Assembly (NCBI GenBank): GCA_051294375.1
Contig: CM119265.1
Coordinates: 10,174,684 to 10,238,683, forward strand
Length of the DNA stretch: 64,000 nucleotides
Source: Paraspadella gotoi
Lineage: Eukaryota; Animalia; Chaetognatha
Direction of reading: 5' to 3'
Shown: piece by piece, positions 35,901 to 49,098 of the stretch
Position numbering within the stretch: position 1 is the stretch's first letter
Layout of the letters: every line of letters begins with the position of its first letter
Program-made: the position numbers and the translations under genes
Notes under the pieces: model-generated
What the model was told of the DNA's origin: nothing
What the model saw: only the letters and a program-made list of their open reading frames with translations
Database searches by the model: none

Positions 35901-37010
35901 ACAGACTTCTCTCTATGGGAGGGGGGATGTATGGTGGACTAAAATCCATCAACCGTTCATCAGCGGCCATTGGTGCCGGAGGCAAGTCATTCGCCTCCCA
36001 ACGCAAAGGTCCGGGGTTCTAGCCCGGTGGCCGCCTAGCAGTTAAGAGGGACAGGGTGCTTAACCCGCCTGTAACACGGTGTTACAGCCTGATCCAAAGC
36101 TCAGGGACTGCTTATATTGAACGATTCTGTCACTAACATATAACAATAATTACCGTCACTTCAATATTTTCAATATTTATGGTCGGATTTTTTTGAAACT
36201 TAATATTAACAATATTGCCATCATTATACCTTGGCCGGTATAAGAATATATTACAAAAACCTCTTGCGTGGTTCGTCAGAGCTTAGTCCTAATTAATATT
36301 ATAATAATCTAATATTATCAATTATAAAATCAAAATTAATCAAAAAGAATTCAAATCGAATCAAATCAAATAACCCTAACCTCCGCTCCCGATAGTGCCT
36401 TCTTGGTCAATCCGTCAGTGACAATGCCTTTGACGCCAAGGAATCCTTTGAACAAAAAGCTTTTCATGGAATTGAAGTGATTCTTGAAGATTTTGTCTAT
36501 GCGACTGTAGTCTTTCGGAAAGGAATCTCCAGACATGCCAATGTCCAACTCGAAGGTCCCGGCGCGGGCGTAAGTCCAGTCCTAGGGATTATGGATAATA
36601 GCGCGCCATTTCGGCCTTCTTTTCCCAAAGTGCCCCATTTTTGAAAAAAATTTATCACCCAATCTTTAATATCTCGCCTGACAGGGCAAAGCCCGTCTTG
36701 GCGATATAAAGCGACATAAAGCTTCTTTGACGTCGTCGTCGGCGTCACGCTTTTTTGCAATCATGGCTATTGAAAGTGTGACATCAATATGGAGTTGAAA
36801 TTTTATATATTGCTTCTAATCATCAAGATCTTTAAAATTGTCATGTTTCATATCAATATTCGTATTTGTTTATGTTTTATTTACAAAACAAAAACATTTT
36901 AATTATATGTCGGTTTCTCTATCTCTTTCTTTTAATTATATGTCGCTCTCTCTCTATTTTTCTCCGTCACTGCTTCTGATTTGTCTAAAAACGATTTCCG
37001 GCTTCCAGCT

Positions 37011-37044
<34 letters not shown>

Positions 37045-38113
37045 GACTCTATAATTCACTTTGTCGGTCCGTCGGTCCACCCCCTCAATCTTGTCGGGCA
37101 TTCATTCACATCATGTCAGAACATCGAATTATAATAAGTTATGCAAAAAAAAACGATGTCCGTCCGTTCGTCCGTCTGTCCATCCCACCTTAGCAAAAAT
37201 CTCCAATAACTCGTAATTGGGTGGTTGGATTGGAATGAAGTGTGTGATGAAGCTGGAAATAAAGTTTCGATGGAATCGTGCGAGTGGAAATGAGTTTAAA
37301 TGGAAAAAACATAAGTCACATTTACTTGAATCTTTATTATTTATTATTACTAATTAATGTTTTAATTAATTAATTAATTAATGTGAAAAAATGATGCAAT
37401 TTAAAAAATGATGCAAGTTGAAAAAATGATGCAAGTTGAAAAAAATGATGTGAGTAGAAAAAATGATGCGAGTTAAAAAAATTTTAAAAAATATTATGAT
37501 TTATCATCTAATTAGCTGATTACCGCTTAATTATCAAAGGCAGATCCGACATTGTTTGCTCAAACTTGTTAATATATATATTGTTGGCTCACCAATGTAG
37601 AAAACGATGACGCCAGCAGTTGACCATCCATTCTCCCTTTTTTTTCATTTTTATTTTCGCATTACAGTAGGGGGGGAACCCGAGTCCTTTGGGTTTGGAG
37701 AAACTCGCGCTACCTCCTGCGCCATAGGTACATTGTCTGGGTATTTGGACGAGTAAAGGGGCTGTTGAGATTCTCTTTCTCTCTCTCTGCAGCGGCTATC
37801 CAGCGGCTGTCCAGCGGCTGTCAGGTTTCTCTCTCTCTCTCTTTTAATTATATGTCGCTCTATCTCTCTCTTTCTTTTTTCTTCTGAATAGGGGTAGCTC
37901 CTCTCAATGGGGTGAGTCAAAAATTTAGTATGAGAACATGCTCAAACGAAAAATCATACATTTTTAAGTATACTTTCAATGTAAAAAAAAATTTTTATAT
38001 TTATTTTTTAATATTTATTTATAGAAAGGAAAAGAGTTCGACCCTATTCAGATTCGTCTAAAAACGAGTTCAGCTCTGCAGCGGCGGTCCAGCGGCTGTC
38101 CAGCTTCTCTCTA

Positions 38114-38146
<33 letters not shown>

Positions 38147-38399
38147 GTCTCTGATTATTTTTTTCCTACTAAAAACTTTTATTATCGCCATTTATTCCGC
38201 GTTTTTTTCTCAGTACAAAATCCCAAATTTACATCCAAGGTTTTCGTGGATTTATTTTACAGCTCCGATATTTAGTCTGTCTCTCACTCTCTATCTCACT
38301 CATACACGCGTTTGTTCGTTATCTCTATTTTGGATCGCTTTAACTTCTTTGTGACGTCGTCGTCGTCGTTGTCTGCGTCGGCGTCACGTTTTTTCTCTT

Positions 38400-38445
<46 letters not shown>

Positions 38446-41400
38446 ACTCATAAACCATTTGTTTTATTTACGATGAACGATTCATCGTATCAATGAATGA
38501 CTATCATCGCATCAATGAATAATTATCATCATATCATTGAATGACTATCATCGCATCAATCATTTGGTTATCATCGCATTAATCATTTGGTTATCATCGC
38601 ATCAATTATTGGTTATTAGTTATCATCGCGTCAATTTTTTGTCTTTCTTTTTTTATTTCTTTATTTCCTTCTCTCGTCAGGCGAGATCCTATTCTTTTAA
38701 GATTTTTAGTTGGATCTGCTTATCAACAGATCCCGACTCTATAATTCACTTTGTCGGTCCGTCGGTCCGCCCCCTCAATATTGTCTGTCTGTTCGTCCGT
38801 CCCACCTTAAGAAAAAAACCAATTACTCGTGATTGGATGGACGGATTTGAATGAAATTTTGTGTGTGATTGAGCTGGATATGAAGTTTCGATGGAATTGT
38901 CCGAGTGGAAATGAGTTTAAATGGAAAAAACAAAAAACTTGTTTCACTATTGATTATGCTTCTTTTTCCTTTTATATTAAATGTAAATGCAAGATGTATT
39001 AATTAATCAAATAATTAATTAGTTAATTAATCAATTAGTCAATTAATTAATTAATAATTATTTTAATCAGTCAATCAATCAAGTCGGCATTATTCTCATC
39101 GTCGTCATTGCTTCTGTCGTGGTTAGTAGAGCGTAGTGAAAGTTACGTATGAAAATTCTAAAAGTCGATTGTGAACAACATACCATCAGTGAACATTAAT
39201 TTTTGCAGTAGGCTATATTTATATATAGTACTATACTTATAAAATCAAAAATTTTCAAAATAGGCTTTTCTTAATTTTGATTACAGATTTGAATTCCTCG
39301 TCAAAAGTTGATAAAAGAAAATATAACTCATTTTCAAAAATTCTTTCATTAAGTGGGTTAAAAATTTAAAAAACTATATTTAATATAAAAATAATTAATT
39401 TTCAGCTTAAAATATAGCTTTTTCTCATTTTTGACCCAATTAAAGAAGGAATATTTCAAAAAGAGTTATATTTCTTTTTATCAACTTTTTATGAGGAATC
39501 CAAATCTGCAAAAAATCTTAGAAAAAACTGTTTTGAAATTTTAACATTTATTGGATTAGTACTATGTATGAATATGGCCTTATGCGTAGATTGTAAAATT
39601 TATTATAATTTTTTTTTATACATAAATGTTCAGTAGTATAATGTTGTTCGTTCCTCACTTTTAGACTTTTAATTAAAGTTAAATTTAGAAATTTTACTAC
39701 GCTTTAGTGGTTAGTGACGAAAAGACCTAAAAACAAACATTTGGGATCATGGTTGCCTCAGATGAATTTTTTAGTCGGTTCTGCTTAGAGTAGATCCCGA
39801 CTCTATAATCCACTTTGTCGGTCCGACCCTCAATCTTGTCAGGCATTCACTTATATCATGTCAGAACATCGAATTATGATAAATTATGCAAAAAAATGAT
39901 GTCCGTCTGTCCGTCCGTCCAATCCCCCTTAGAAAAAAACTCCTATTACTCGTGATTGGATGGATGGATTGGAATGAAATTTTGTGTGTGGGTAGGGAAG
40001 TGTGTTATTGAGCTGGATTTGAAGTTTCCATGAAATCGTGCGATTGGAAATGAGTTTAAATGGAAAAAACAAAAAACCTGTTTCACTAATTGATTATGCT
40101 TCCTTTTCTTTTTATATTAAATGTAAATGCATGATGTATTAATTAATCAAATAATTAATCAGTTAATTAATCAATTTATTAAAAAATCAATTTATTATTC
40201 AATAAATCAATTTATTTATCAATTATTAATTATTTAATCAATCAATCAATTAAGTATGTCAATCGTTAACAGCATTATTGTCGTCGTCACCATCGTTGTT
40301 GTCGTTTTTGTCTGTGATGAAAAAACCTAAAAACAAACATTTCGGATCAATATAAATAATTAATTGCCTAATTAATTTATTAACTTTAATTAATTAATGA
40401 ATTAATTTATAAACTAATAATAAATTAATTAATTACCGCTAATGATCGTTGGCATATCCGACATTGTTTGCTCCAACTCGTTTAATAGATTGTGTTGTTA
40501 TTACAACTCTTTACATGTTTATTAAAGAGCTGAACCTCCCTGTAGTTCCCACATTAAACTTCCTTCCCCGTGTGCAGTGTGCACTGTGCAGTGTGCACCC
40601 ATTTCGCTTTAACCCCCCCTGTCCCCCCCATTCCCCAACCAGCCCAACCATCATCGTGCCCCGCACGAGCATAGCCTGCGCCCCGTTCGCGATTGGGATT
40701 TCGTAACTGGGTTTCTCGAGTTTGTACATGGCGTAGGTCATCGCTAAATATCGAAAGACGTCGTCATCTGGAGTTCGCGAGTATCGAATCTCGGCATTAT
40801 CTGCGAAGAAGTTAAAGTTTGACATACCTATAGCTCGCATAATTTCTTTTAAACGTCATGCCTGATAAATATTTTCCCTTCCAATCTTGTTTTTTAAATC
40901 TTCAAATGTCTCCCTAAAATTCGATTCTTGAAACATCATTCCTTGAATATTATCTTTAAAAAAATCCTAATTCATTACTCGTTAGTCATCTTTCAATAAT
41001 CTTGGATCAGAAACAAAATTAGAAAAAAATAAAACAAAAAAAAAAGAAATGTTCAAGAATTCTAAATTTATTCATTAAAAGTAAGTTTTTTTTCCTTCTT
41101 GAAACTTAAATCCATAGAATTTTATCCTTTAAATGTCCTCTTAAAATGCTATTCTTGAAACACATCTTTTAAACATCATGCCTTCTCTGTTTTAGATAAA
41201 ACAAATTATAAGGAAAAAAGGACTTGTAGTAGAAGTAGCCCAACTCAATGGGGCGAGTAAAAAATTTAGAGTGAGTACATGCTCAAACGAAAATTTATAC
41301 ATTATTTATGTATACTTTCAATGGACAAAACATTTCTTTTATGGCTCTATACACTAATAAATATTTTTTTAATATTTATTTATAGATATGAAAGGCCAAT

Positions 41401-44400
41401 ATTATTTTTTGAATTTTTAAATTTTAACACAAGATTCAGATTAGCTCATAAAAATTTGTCTACACAAAGTATAATTTTTTAAAAAATATTTTATGATAAG
41501 TGAGTCAAAAATTTAAAAAACCATAAAAAATTATCATCATCATCATCTTTCGATAATTTTATCAGTTTTTTTTATATTTTTACTTATGAAACGTAAGAAT
41601 TTTTAAAAGCTGTAGTTTTAGAGAAAAGTTTGAAATGAATTCAACAACGATTTATTTGAAACAATAGCAGACATGTTTCGGCTCTTGTTCAACCAAAACG
41701 AAACGAAAGGATTATAATGTCTAAAAAGCTGTAGTTATATTTCTTGTTTAACTTTTTATGGTCTATCAGAATCCAACAAAAAATTTTAAGATTTTTAAAA
41801 AACATTTTTTTCTCTATATAGTAATATGATATTTTTAATTAGGCTAGTACCCTCAGAAGAAAGCAATAATAGATTATTTTAACGCTGTATACATTATAAT
41901 TTAAATGTTATCGGCTATGGTAGCGGTAGCCGACCAAATTTAAATTTTAATTGGAACAGCATTAAACGAATCCATTATTGGTATTAGTTATTATGTTAAA
42001 ATATTTTTTTACAAAAATGTTCCGAACCATGAGTAATTCGTTAATTAAAATTATTATATTACTATATAATGTCAATTTTTTTTATATTTTAAGTTTTTTT
42101 AATTGCTCAAATTTGACCCACTTATCATCAAAATATGGAAAAAAGAATTATACTTTGTGTAGATAACGTTTCATAAGCTATCTGAATCTGCTTTTAAAAA
42201 GAAAAAATTCCCAAAAAAATTTTTGACATTTTTTATCTATAAATAAATATTAAAAAAATAATTACTAGTGCTTCTAGCCATTTTATAAAATTTTGGTCCA
42301 TTGAAAATTTTCTCAGAAATTTATGAAATTTCCTTTGGGAAGGTTCCCAAATCAAACTTCTGACCCACCCCATTGACAAAGTTTGGCCCTAGCTATGGCT
42401 ACTTGTAGAAAACAAAAATAAAAAATATTCAAACCTCATTCTTCAACAATATTACATTAACTAAATATATTAACCCAATATAAAATTCATCCATTAATTT
42501 AATAAATAAGCTATCTTGTCCCTGACATTGGACACCAGACAATGGACAGGCTTTCGTAGTTTCAGGCACCCATCATACAAGATAATAACATAGCAGGTCC
42601 CTGCAAGCTTTCAACCAAGACTCTCCCACAGTCTTGTTTATTCACACCCAGTATATCTAGCTTCCCTATCAATAAAGTTGTATAATATTTCAAAGAATGT
42701 TTATATTTTAAGAAAAGACCACTCCCTTAATAGGAGCTGACGTCGTTCTTAGAGATCGAGGAAGATATTTTCAATGGAGATTTTTGTTCAAATCTGACTA
42801 CCAAACAATATAAACGTTCCTGGGAAAAATTCCGGTAAAAAATCGATGTAAAACACTTGATTCCGATCCTGTTGTATCTGAAGGGCTCGCATTTTTTTTC
42901 TCTTGTCAAATAATCAACATCTTGATATCAAACAAGCCAGAACAAATAGACTGCTTCTGGACAAAAAATTTTTTTATCTCTGATTTTATATAGAAATGAA
43001 AGTGATTTTTTTTCCTTAAAAACGATATAAACAAATGACGTCCAATTTTGGAATCCTTTGGTAAAGTGTCTGAAGAGCTCTCAAAATTTTTCTTTACATT
43101 TTATTTGGTTATTTTGATATGATACGATCATGGGAAAGTGAATTAGTCCATTTTGGTGAAATTTTTATTTAAAGTAAAAATAAAAGAGGAGCTAACAATC
43201 GGAATTCTAAGAGTTTTCAACCGGGAGTCAGATTCGGGAAAAATGTTCTATGGTGAAAATCTTCCAAAGGAGGGATTTTCCGAAGATTTTGGTTAATATT
43301 TTCTATATTTATGGTCGGATTTTTTTGAAACTTAATATTAACAATATTGCCATCATTCTACCTTGGCCGGTATAACAATATATTAAAAAAAACCTCTGGC
43401 TTTGTTCGTCAGAGCTTAGTCCTACCCTTAATATTATCCTTCAACTGACATTTTATAAATTTCATCCATCTAATTTTATTCTTTAAATGTTGGGCTTTTA
43501 TTTCAGCCTTTAATTTTCTCTAGGGGGCTCAAATGGTGAAAAAAGATTTTTCTCGGTAGAGGGTCTGGGTCTCACCGGGGCGCGAATTATAAGGATAGAG
43601 TACGTTATCTTCGTAGGCTGAGAAATCACACGAGATAACGAATCGCTTCGCCATCGTCCAATCCATGATGGCCTTCGTCTCTGGTTCCGGTTTCTGGGTC
43701 TTTCGAGAGTTAAGCACTTCTGGGAAATTTGTATTGAGTGTCTGAAATAACAATTAATTTACTTTTTCTGAGTTTTTATCTCGCCAGATGAGATTAAGTC
43801 TGTTTTGGCGTGATTTAGGATAGTCTCAGCTTCTTTGTGACGTCGTCGTCGGCGACACGCTTTTTTCTTATATAATTTTGACTGGGGCTTAAATTTTTTT
43901 ACAAATATAAACTACTACGAATTATGATGGATTTTTATAAAAGTGTGCAATCATAGTAAGTTAAAAATTTACAGGATAGTGAATCAAAACTTAGAAAAAG
44001 CCGACATATTTATTTTTTTTTATTGTAAACAAACTAATTGATAAAACGAAATAATTTTAATACTGCTAACTTCATAACATCAAACTGCAACAATTTATTC
44101 AATGTGGCCACCCTCACAATGAATCACTGCCTCGATACGGTGTCGAAATGCTGCACAACTTTTCTGGATGAAGACATTAGAAAGATTGTCCCACTGTTCA
44201 GAGATGGCTTTTTTGAGGTCATCGATATTGCGGTGGGAGGTCTTGCAGGCTGCCCCCTCCAAAACGCCTCATACAGCATAATCGAGCGGATTCAAATCGG
44301 GGCTCGAGGAGGGTCAAAGGTCTTTGGGCCAAAAATCCGCAAAGTTGCTGCAGCAAAACTGTTGAATTCTCTTCGACGTATGGCACGGTGCGCCATCTTG

Positions 44401-47400
44401 GGTCCATACATAATTTCCCTGGGGTAAAGTCTCTTCAACCACGGCAAGACATGGAACCTCAGAACAGTGTAATATGCTGCAGCATCGACTTTCTGACCAG
44501 TAGCAAAAAAGTAAGGGGCCATCTTATTTCCATCCGAGGCTATGACCCCCAGCATCATCACTTGAGCCGGATGTTTGGTATGAGAGGTCCCCTTGACATC
44601 AGCTGTTGTTTCTGCCAGGTATCGATCATTACGTCTATTAAGTACAGCATCTACAGTAAAAATCTTTTCATCACTGAAAATTTTCACGATGTCCCCATGA
44701 TGCTTCAAGTAATTGAGAATTTTGACAGACCTCTCGAGCCGACGCTGCTTCATGGCTTCGGTGAGGAGATGCCTAGGGGTTCTAGTGTATGATTTTAAGC
44801 GGAGATCTTTGAGGGCGTTCTTGATGGTTTTTGGGTCCACCTCAAAGTCAACTGCAAGGGTATTTATCGACGTTGTGGGGTCTGCTACAATTCTTGCCTT
44901 CAGGGCATCCAGAAATGCTGCATTTCGCTTCTTGTTGTGTCCACCGCTTCCTCCTTTCCGCTGCATCACTTTGGCATCTTTGGCCGCCTTCCAAATGTTG
45001 TAGATCGTGGCCAAGGAGACTCCAACAACTTCGCAAATGGATTTTGGGTGAATTCCGGCGCGAAGCAAATCCAACACTCATTGTCTTTTGCTTTGCTGAC
45101 TCTCGGGATCCATTCAAAGAAGAAAAAAAAATACATCAGCGTAAAGAGAAGACAATAAGGATTATTTTTGTTGGTAAAAAAATTATTTTAATCATCATTC
45201 TTATATCAAAATTTCCTAGTTAAAACTATTCTAAGTTTTGATTCACTACCCTGTAGATCTTCGTAATGGTCATGTTTAATATAGAATCAAGTATTTTTTA
45301 TTTGAATTTTTTTTTTCATTATGATATACTGCAATATGCAAATTACTTTCTATAATATGCATATTCGTATATAGAACACTATATTCTAATTTGCATATTG
45401 CAGTAAATCATATTGAAAAAAAAATTTAAATAAAAAATAATACTTGAATCAATGTGAGACATGTGATTTTAAAAGATCTTTTTGATGAGAAGCTATATCT
45501 AAATTTTAATATAAATAAAAATATAAACTTTTACAACTTCCAATTAACAAAAATTGTAACAATTTCCAATTGTAAGCAATTGTAACATTTTTTGTCTTTT
45601 TTTCTTTAAATTATATATATATTTCTTTTTCTTTTGTCAGGCGTTGCTTCTTCTGATTCATCTTAAAAAGAGTTCAGCTCTGCAGCGGTTAGACTTTTTT
45701 TTTTCTTTCTTTCTCCCTTTCTTTCTTTCATAAATATTTGGTTATCATTACATCAGTGAATGATTATCATTGCATCAATTAATGACTATCATCACATCAA
45801 ATAATGACTATTATCACATCAGTGTATGCCTATTATCGCGTCTATGAATGATTATTATCACATCAATGAATGCTTATCAACGCATCAATGAATGATTATC
45901 ATCACATCAATGAATGACTATCATCATATCAGTGAGTAACTATCATCGCATCATAGTCCAGGTTAAACCACTCTCCTATTCTAGCTTGCCACTTCTCTTA
46001 AGTAGCCATTACAATAATAATAAATAATTTCTATCTTTTTTTTGCAGGTTTATGGTTTTACTACCAAATAATGTAACTAGTTATCAAGTTTTATTAGTAA
46101 GGCAGTGAGGCAGTTGAAATGTGTATCCATTTTTTTGTTTTATATTGATTCAAGTATTTTTTGTTTTGAATTTCCACTGCATTATGATTTACTGTAATAT
46201 GTAAATTAGAATATAGTACTTACTGCAATATCAAATTAGTTTATAGTATACTAAGGTTCTAATTTGAATATTGCAGTAAATAATGAAGTGGAAATTCAAC
46301 AAAAAATACTTGAATCAATATGAAACATGTGATTTTAAGAGTTCTTGATTATGATGATGTTAATTAATATAAATAAAAATACACATTTTAACAACTTCCA
46401 ATTAAAAAAATTATAACAATTTCTAATTTTAAACAATTGTAACATTTTTTTTTTGTCTTTCTTTTATTTCTTTAAATTATATCTGTTTTTCTTTTTGTCA
46501 GGCGCTGCCTCTTCTGATTCATCTAAAAACAAGTACAGATCGGCAGCGGCTGGACTTCTCTTTTTGTTCCAAATTTTTCCATTAATTTTCTTTGATAGCC
46601 GTTGGTTCAGCTTGACTGTGAAGCTACATTGTTCCTGTCACAAAAATATTTTATCCGTGATCTTCAACCCAGCTTTTCCACGAAGCAAAGGCTTAGTCGC
46701 TGCTTGGAACTTGGTCGGCCTTGTAAGGCGACAAACCTTACCAAGATCCGTTCGCCTTGTCGCGCGGCTTATCCCGGATTCTTGGCTACAAGCTCAACAG
46801 AAGATCCAGCTTTAAGAAGTTGGAGGGGCCGGGCCTAGCTAGCCCTCCCCCTCGTGTGGCACGACTCCATCGTTCTATTTGCAAGTCCGCCTCTTCATTT
46901 AGCACGGTGCTCACACTAGCTCCCCAAATCCGCGGTACAATCACCCTCTAACACAAACTTGTGAAGATTTTTTTAATCTGAAAGATTTTTTCTGTAGTAA
47001 AAACCTAAATCATTTATATATCCATATTTTTAGTCGGATCTGCTTATCAGCAGATCCCGACTCTATAATTCACGACTCTATAATTCACTTTGTCGGTCCG
47101 TCGGTCCGCCCCCTCAATATTGAGTGGAAATGAGTTTAAATGGAAAAAAACAAAAAACCTGTTTCACTAATTGATTATGCTTCTTTTTTCTTTTATATTA
47201 AATGTAAATGAAGGATGTATTATTAAATCAAATAATTAATCAGTTAATTAATCAATTAGTAAATTAATTAATCAATAATTAATTAATTAGTCAATCAATC
47301 CGTCCTTCCGTCCATCTTAGCAAAAAGCTCCAATAACTCGTGATTAGCTGGTTGGATTGGAATGAAATTTTGTGTGTGGGTAGGACAGTGTGAGATGAAG

Positions 47401-48389
47401 CTGGATATAAAGTTTCGATGGAATCGTGCGAGTGGAAATGAGTTTAAATGGAAAAAACATAAGTTGCATTTACTAAAATATTTTTACTTATTTTAACCAA
47501 TAAATACTCTATTTAATCATAATTGGATGGATATTTTGAGTTAAAATTTTGTGTGTGAGTAGGAAAGTGTGTGACGAAGCTTTATACAAAGTTTCGGTGG
47601 AAACGTACGAGTGGAAATGAGTTTAAATAAAAAAAATATGAGTCACATTTACTTGAATTTTAATACAAATAAAAATAAAATCGTTAACAACCTATGATTG
47701 GAAAAATTTCCAATTGTAAACCATTGTAACCTTTTTTGTCTTTCTTTTATTTATTTTTTAATTATATATATATTTTTTTCAGGCGCTGCCTTTTCTGAAT
47801 CGTTTAAAAACGAGTTCAGTCTCTCTCAGTCTCTGTCTGTCTCTCTCTGTGTGCGTCTGTCTCTGTACGATCTCTTGCGTGATCGTTCGTTTTTTGAAAA
47901 ATTCTGTTTATTTTTTTCTTTCTAAAAAAAATATATATTTGATCAGGCGCTGCCTTTTCTGAATCGTTTAAAAACGAGTTCAGGCTCTCTCTCTCTCTCT
48001 CCCTCCGTTTCCCTCCGTCTCCCCCCTCTCTCTCTCTCTATCTCTCTCTCTCTCTCTTTTTTTTTACAAAAAAAAAAAAAAATTATTCACTTTTTTTTTC
48101 ACCACCGTCACAAGGCGACGAGTAAACGAGTTCCGGCTCTCTCTCGCTCTCTCTCTCTCTCTCTTCTTTCTCTCTATCTGTCTCTTTCTCTCTCTATCTT
48201 TCTCTCTCTTCTTTCTCTCTTCTTCTCTTTCTCTCTCTCTCTCTCTCTCTATCTCTTTTTTTTTTTTACAAAAATAATTTTTTAGTCACTTTTTTTTCAC
48301 CACCGTCACTAGGCGACAAGTAAACGATTAAACGAGTTCCGGCTCTCTCTCTCTTTTCTCTCTCTCTCTTTCTCTCTCTCTCTCTTCTT

Positions 48390-48420
<31 letters not shown>

Positions 48421-48499
48421 TTTTTTTTACAATTTTTTTTTCACCACCGTCACTAGGCGACGAGTAAACGAGTTCCGGCTTTGCAGCGTCTGTTCAGCT

Positions 48500-48540
<41 letters not shown>

Positions 48541-49067
48541 CGATCGTTCGTTTTTTGAAAAATTCTTATTATTTCTTTCCTTCTAAAAACTTTTATTATC
48601 GCCATTTATTTTTTTTCTCAATACAAAATCCCAGATTTTCGTGGATTCATTTTAGAAAAAGGGAAGAATAACTTATAATGCAGGCAATGTCACATGTACA
48701 TCAACTTGTGTGACAGGTAGGCGATACCTGCTATATATCCGGCAATTGCGCGGATTAATATATATAATATAATATCATAAAATATAAATCATAAAAAATA
48801 TAACTTCAAAATTTCATTCAAGATTAAAATTTTTTAAGATGAGGAAATAAAATTTATTTGAATAAGTAAAAAAAAATATTTGGAAGTAAAAATATCATAG
48901 TCGTTAACTGATTATTGTCAACTATATATTTTGTTAATAGAGGGTTAATACAAAATCCCAAATTTATTTCCGAGATTTTCGTGGATTTTTATTTTTTTCC
49001 TTCTAAAAACTTTTATTAATATTTTATTATTCTCTCTATATTTCTCTCTCAATCAACTCTCTGTCTT

Positions 49068-49098
<31 letters not shown>

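Noticed and set aside
44260-44320. TGA read as Trp (alternative genetic code)
   Set aside because: CMIP and paralogues B and C terminate with TGA, and the transposase also has a frameshift and another stop.
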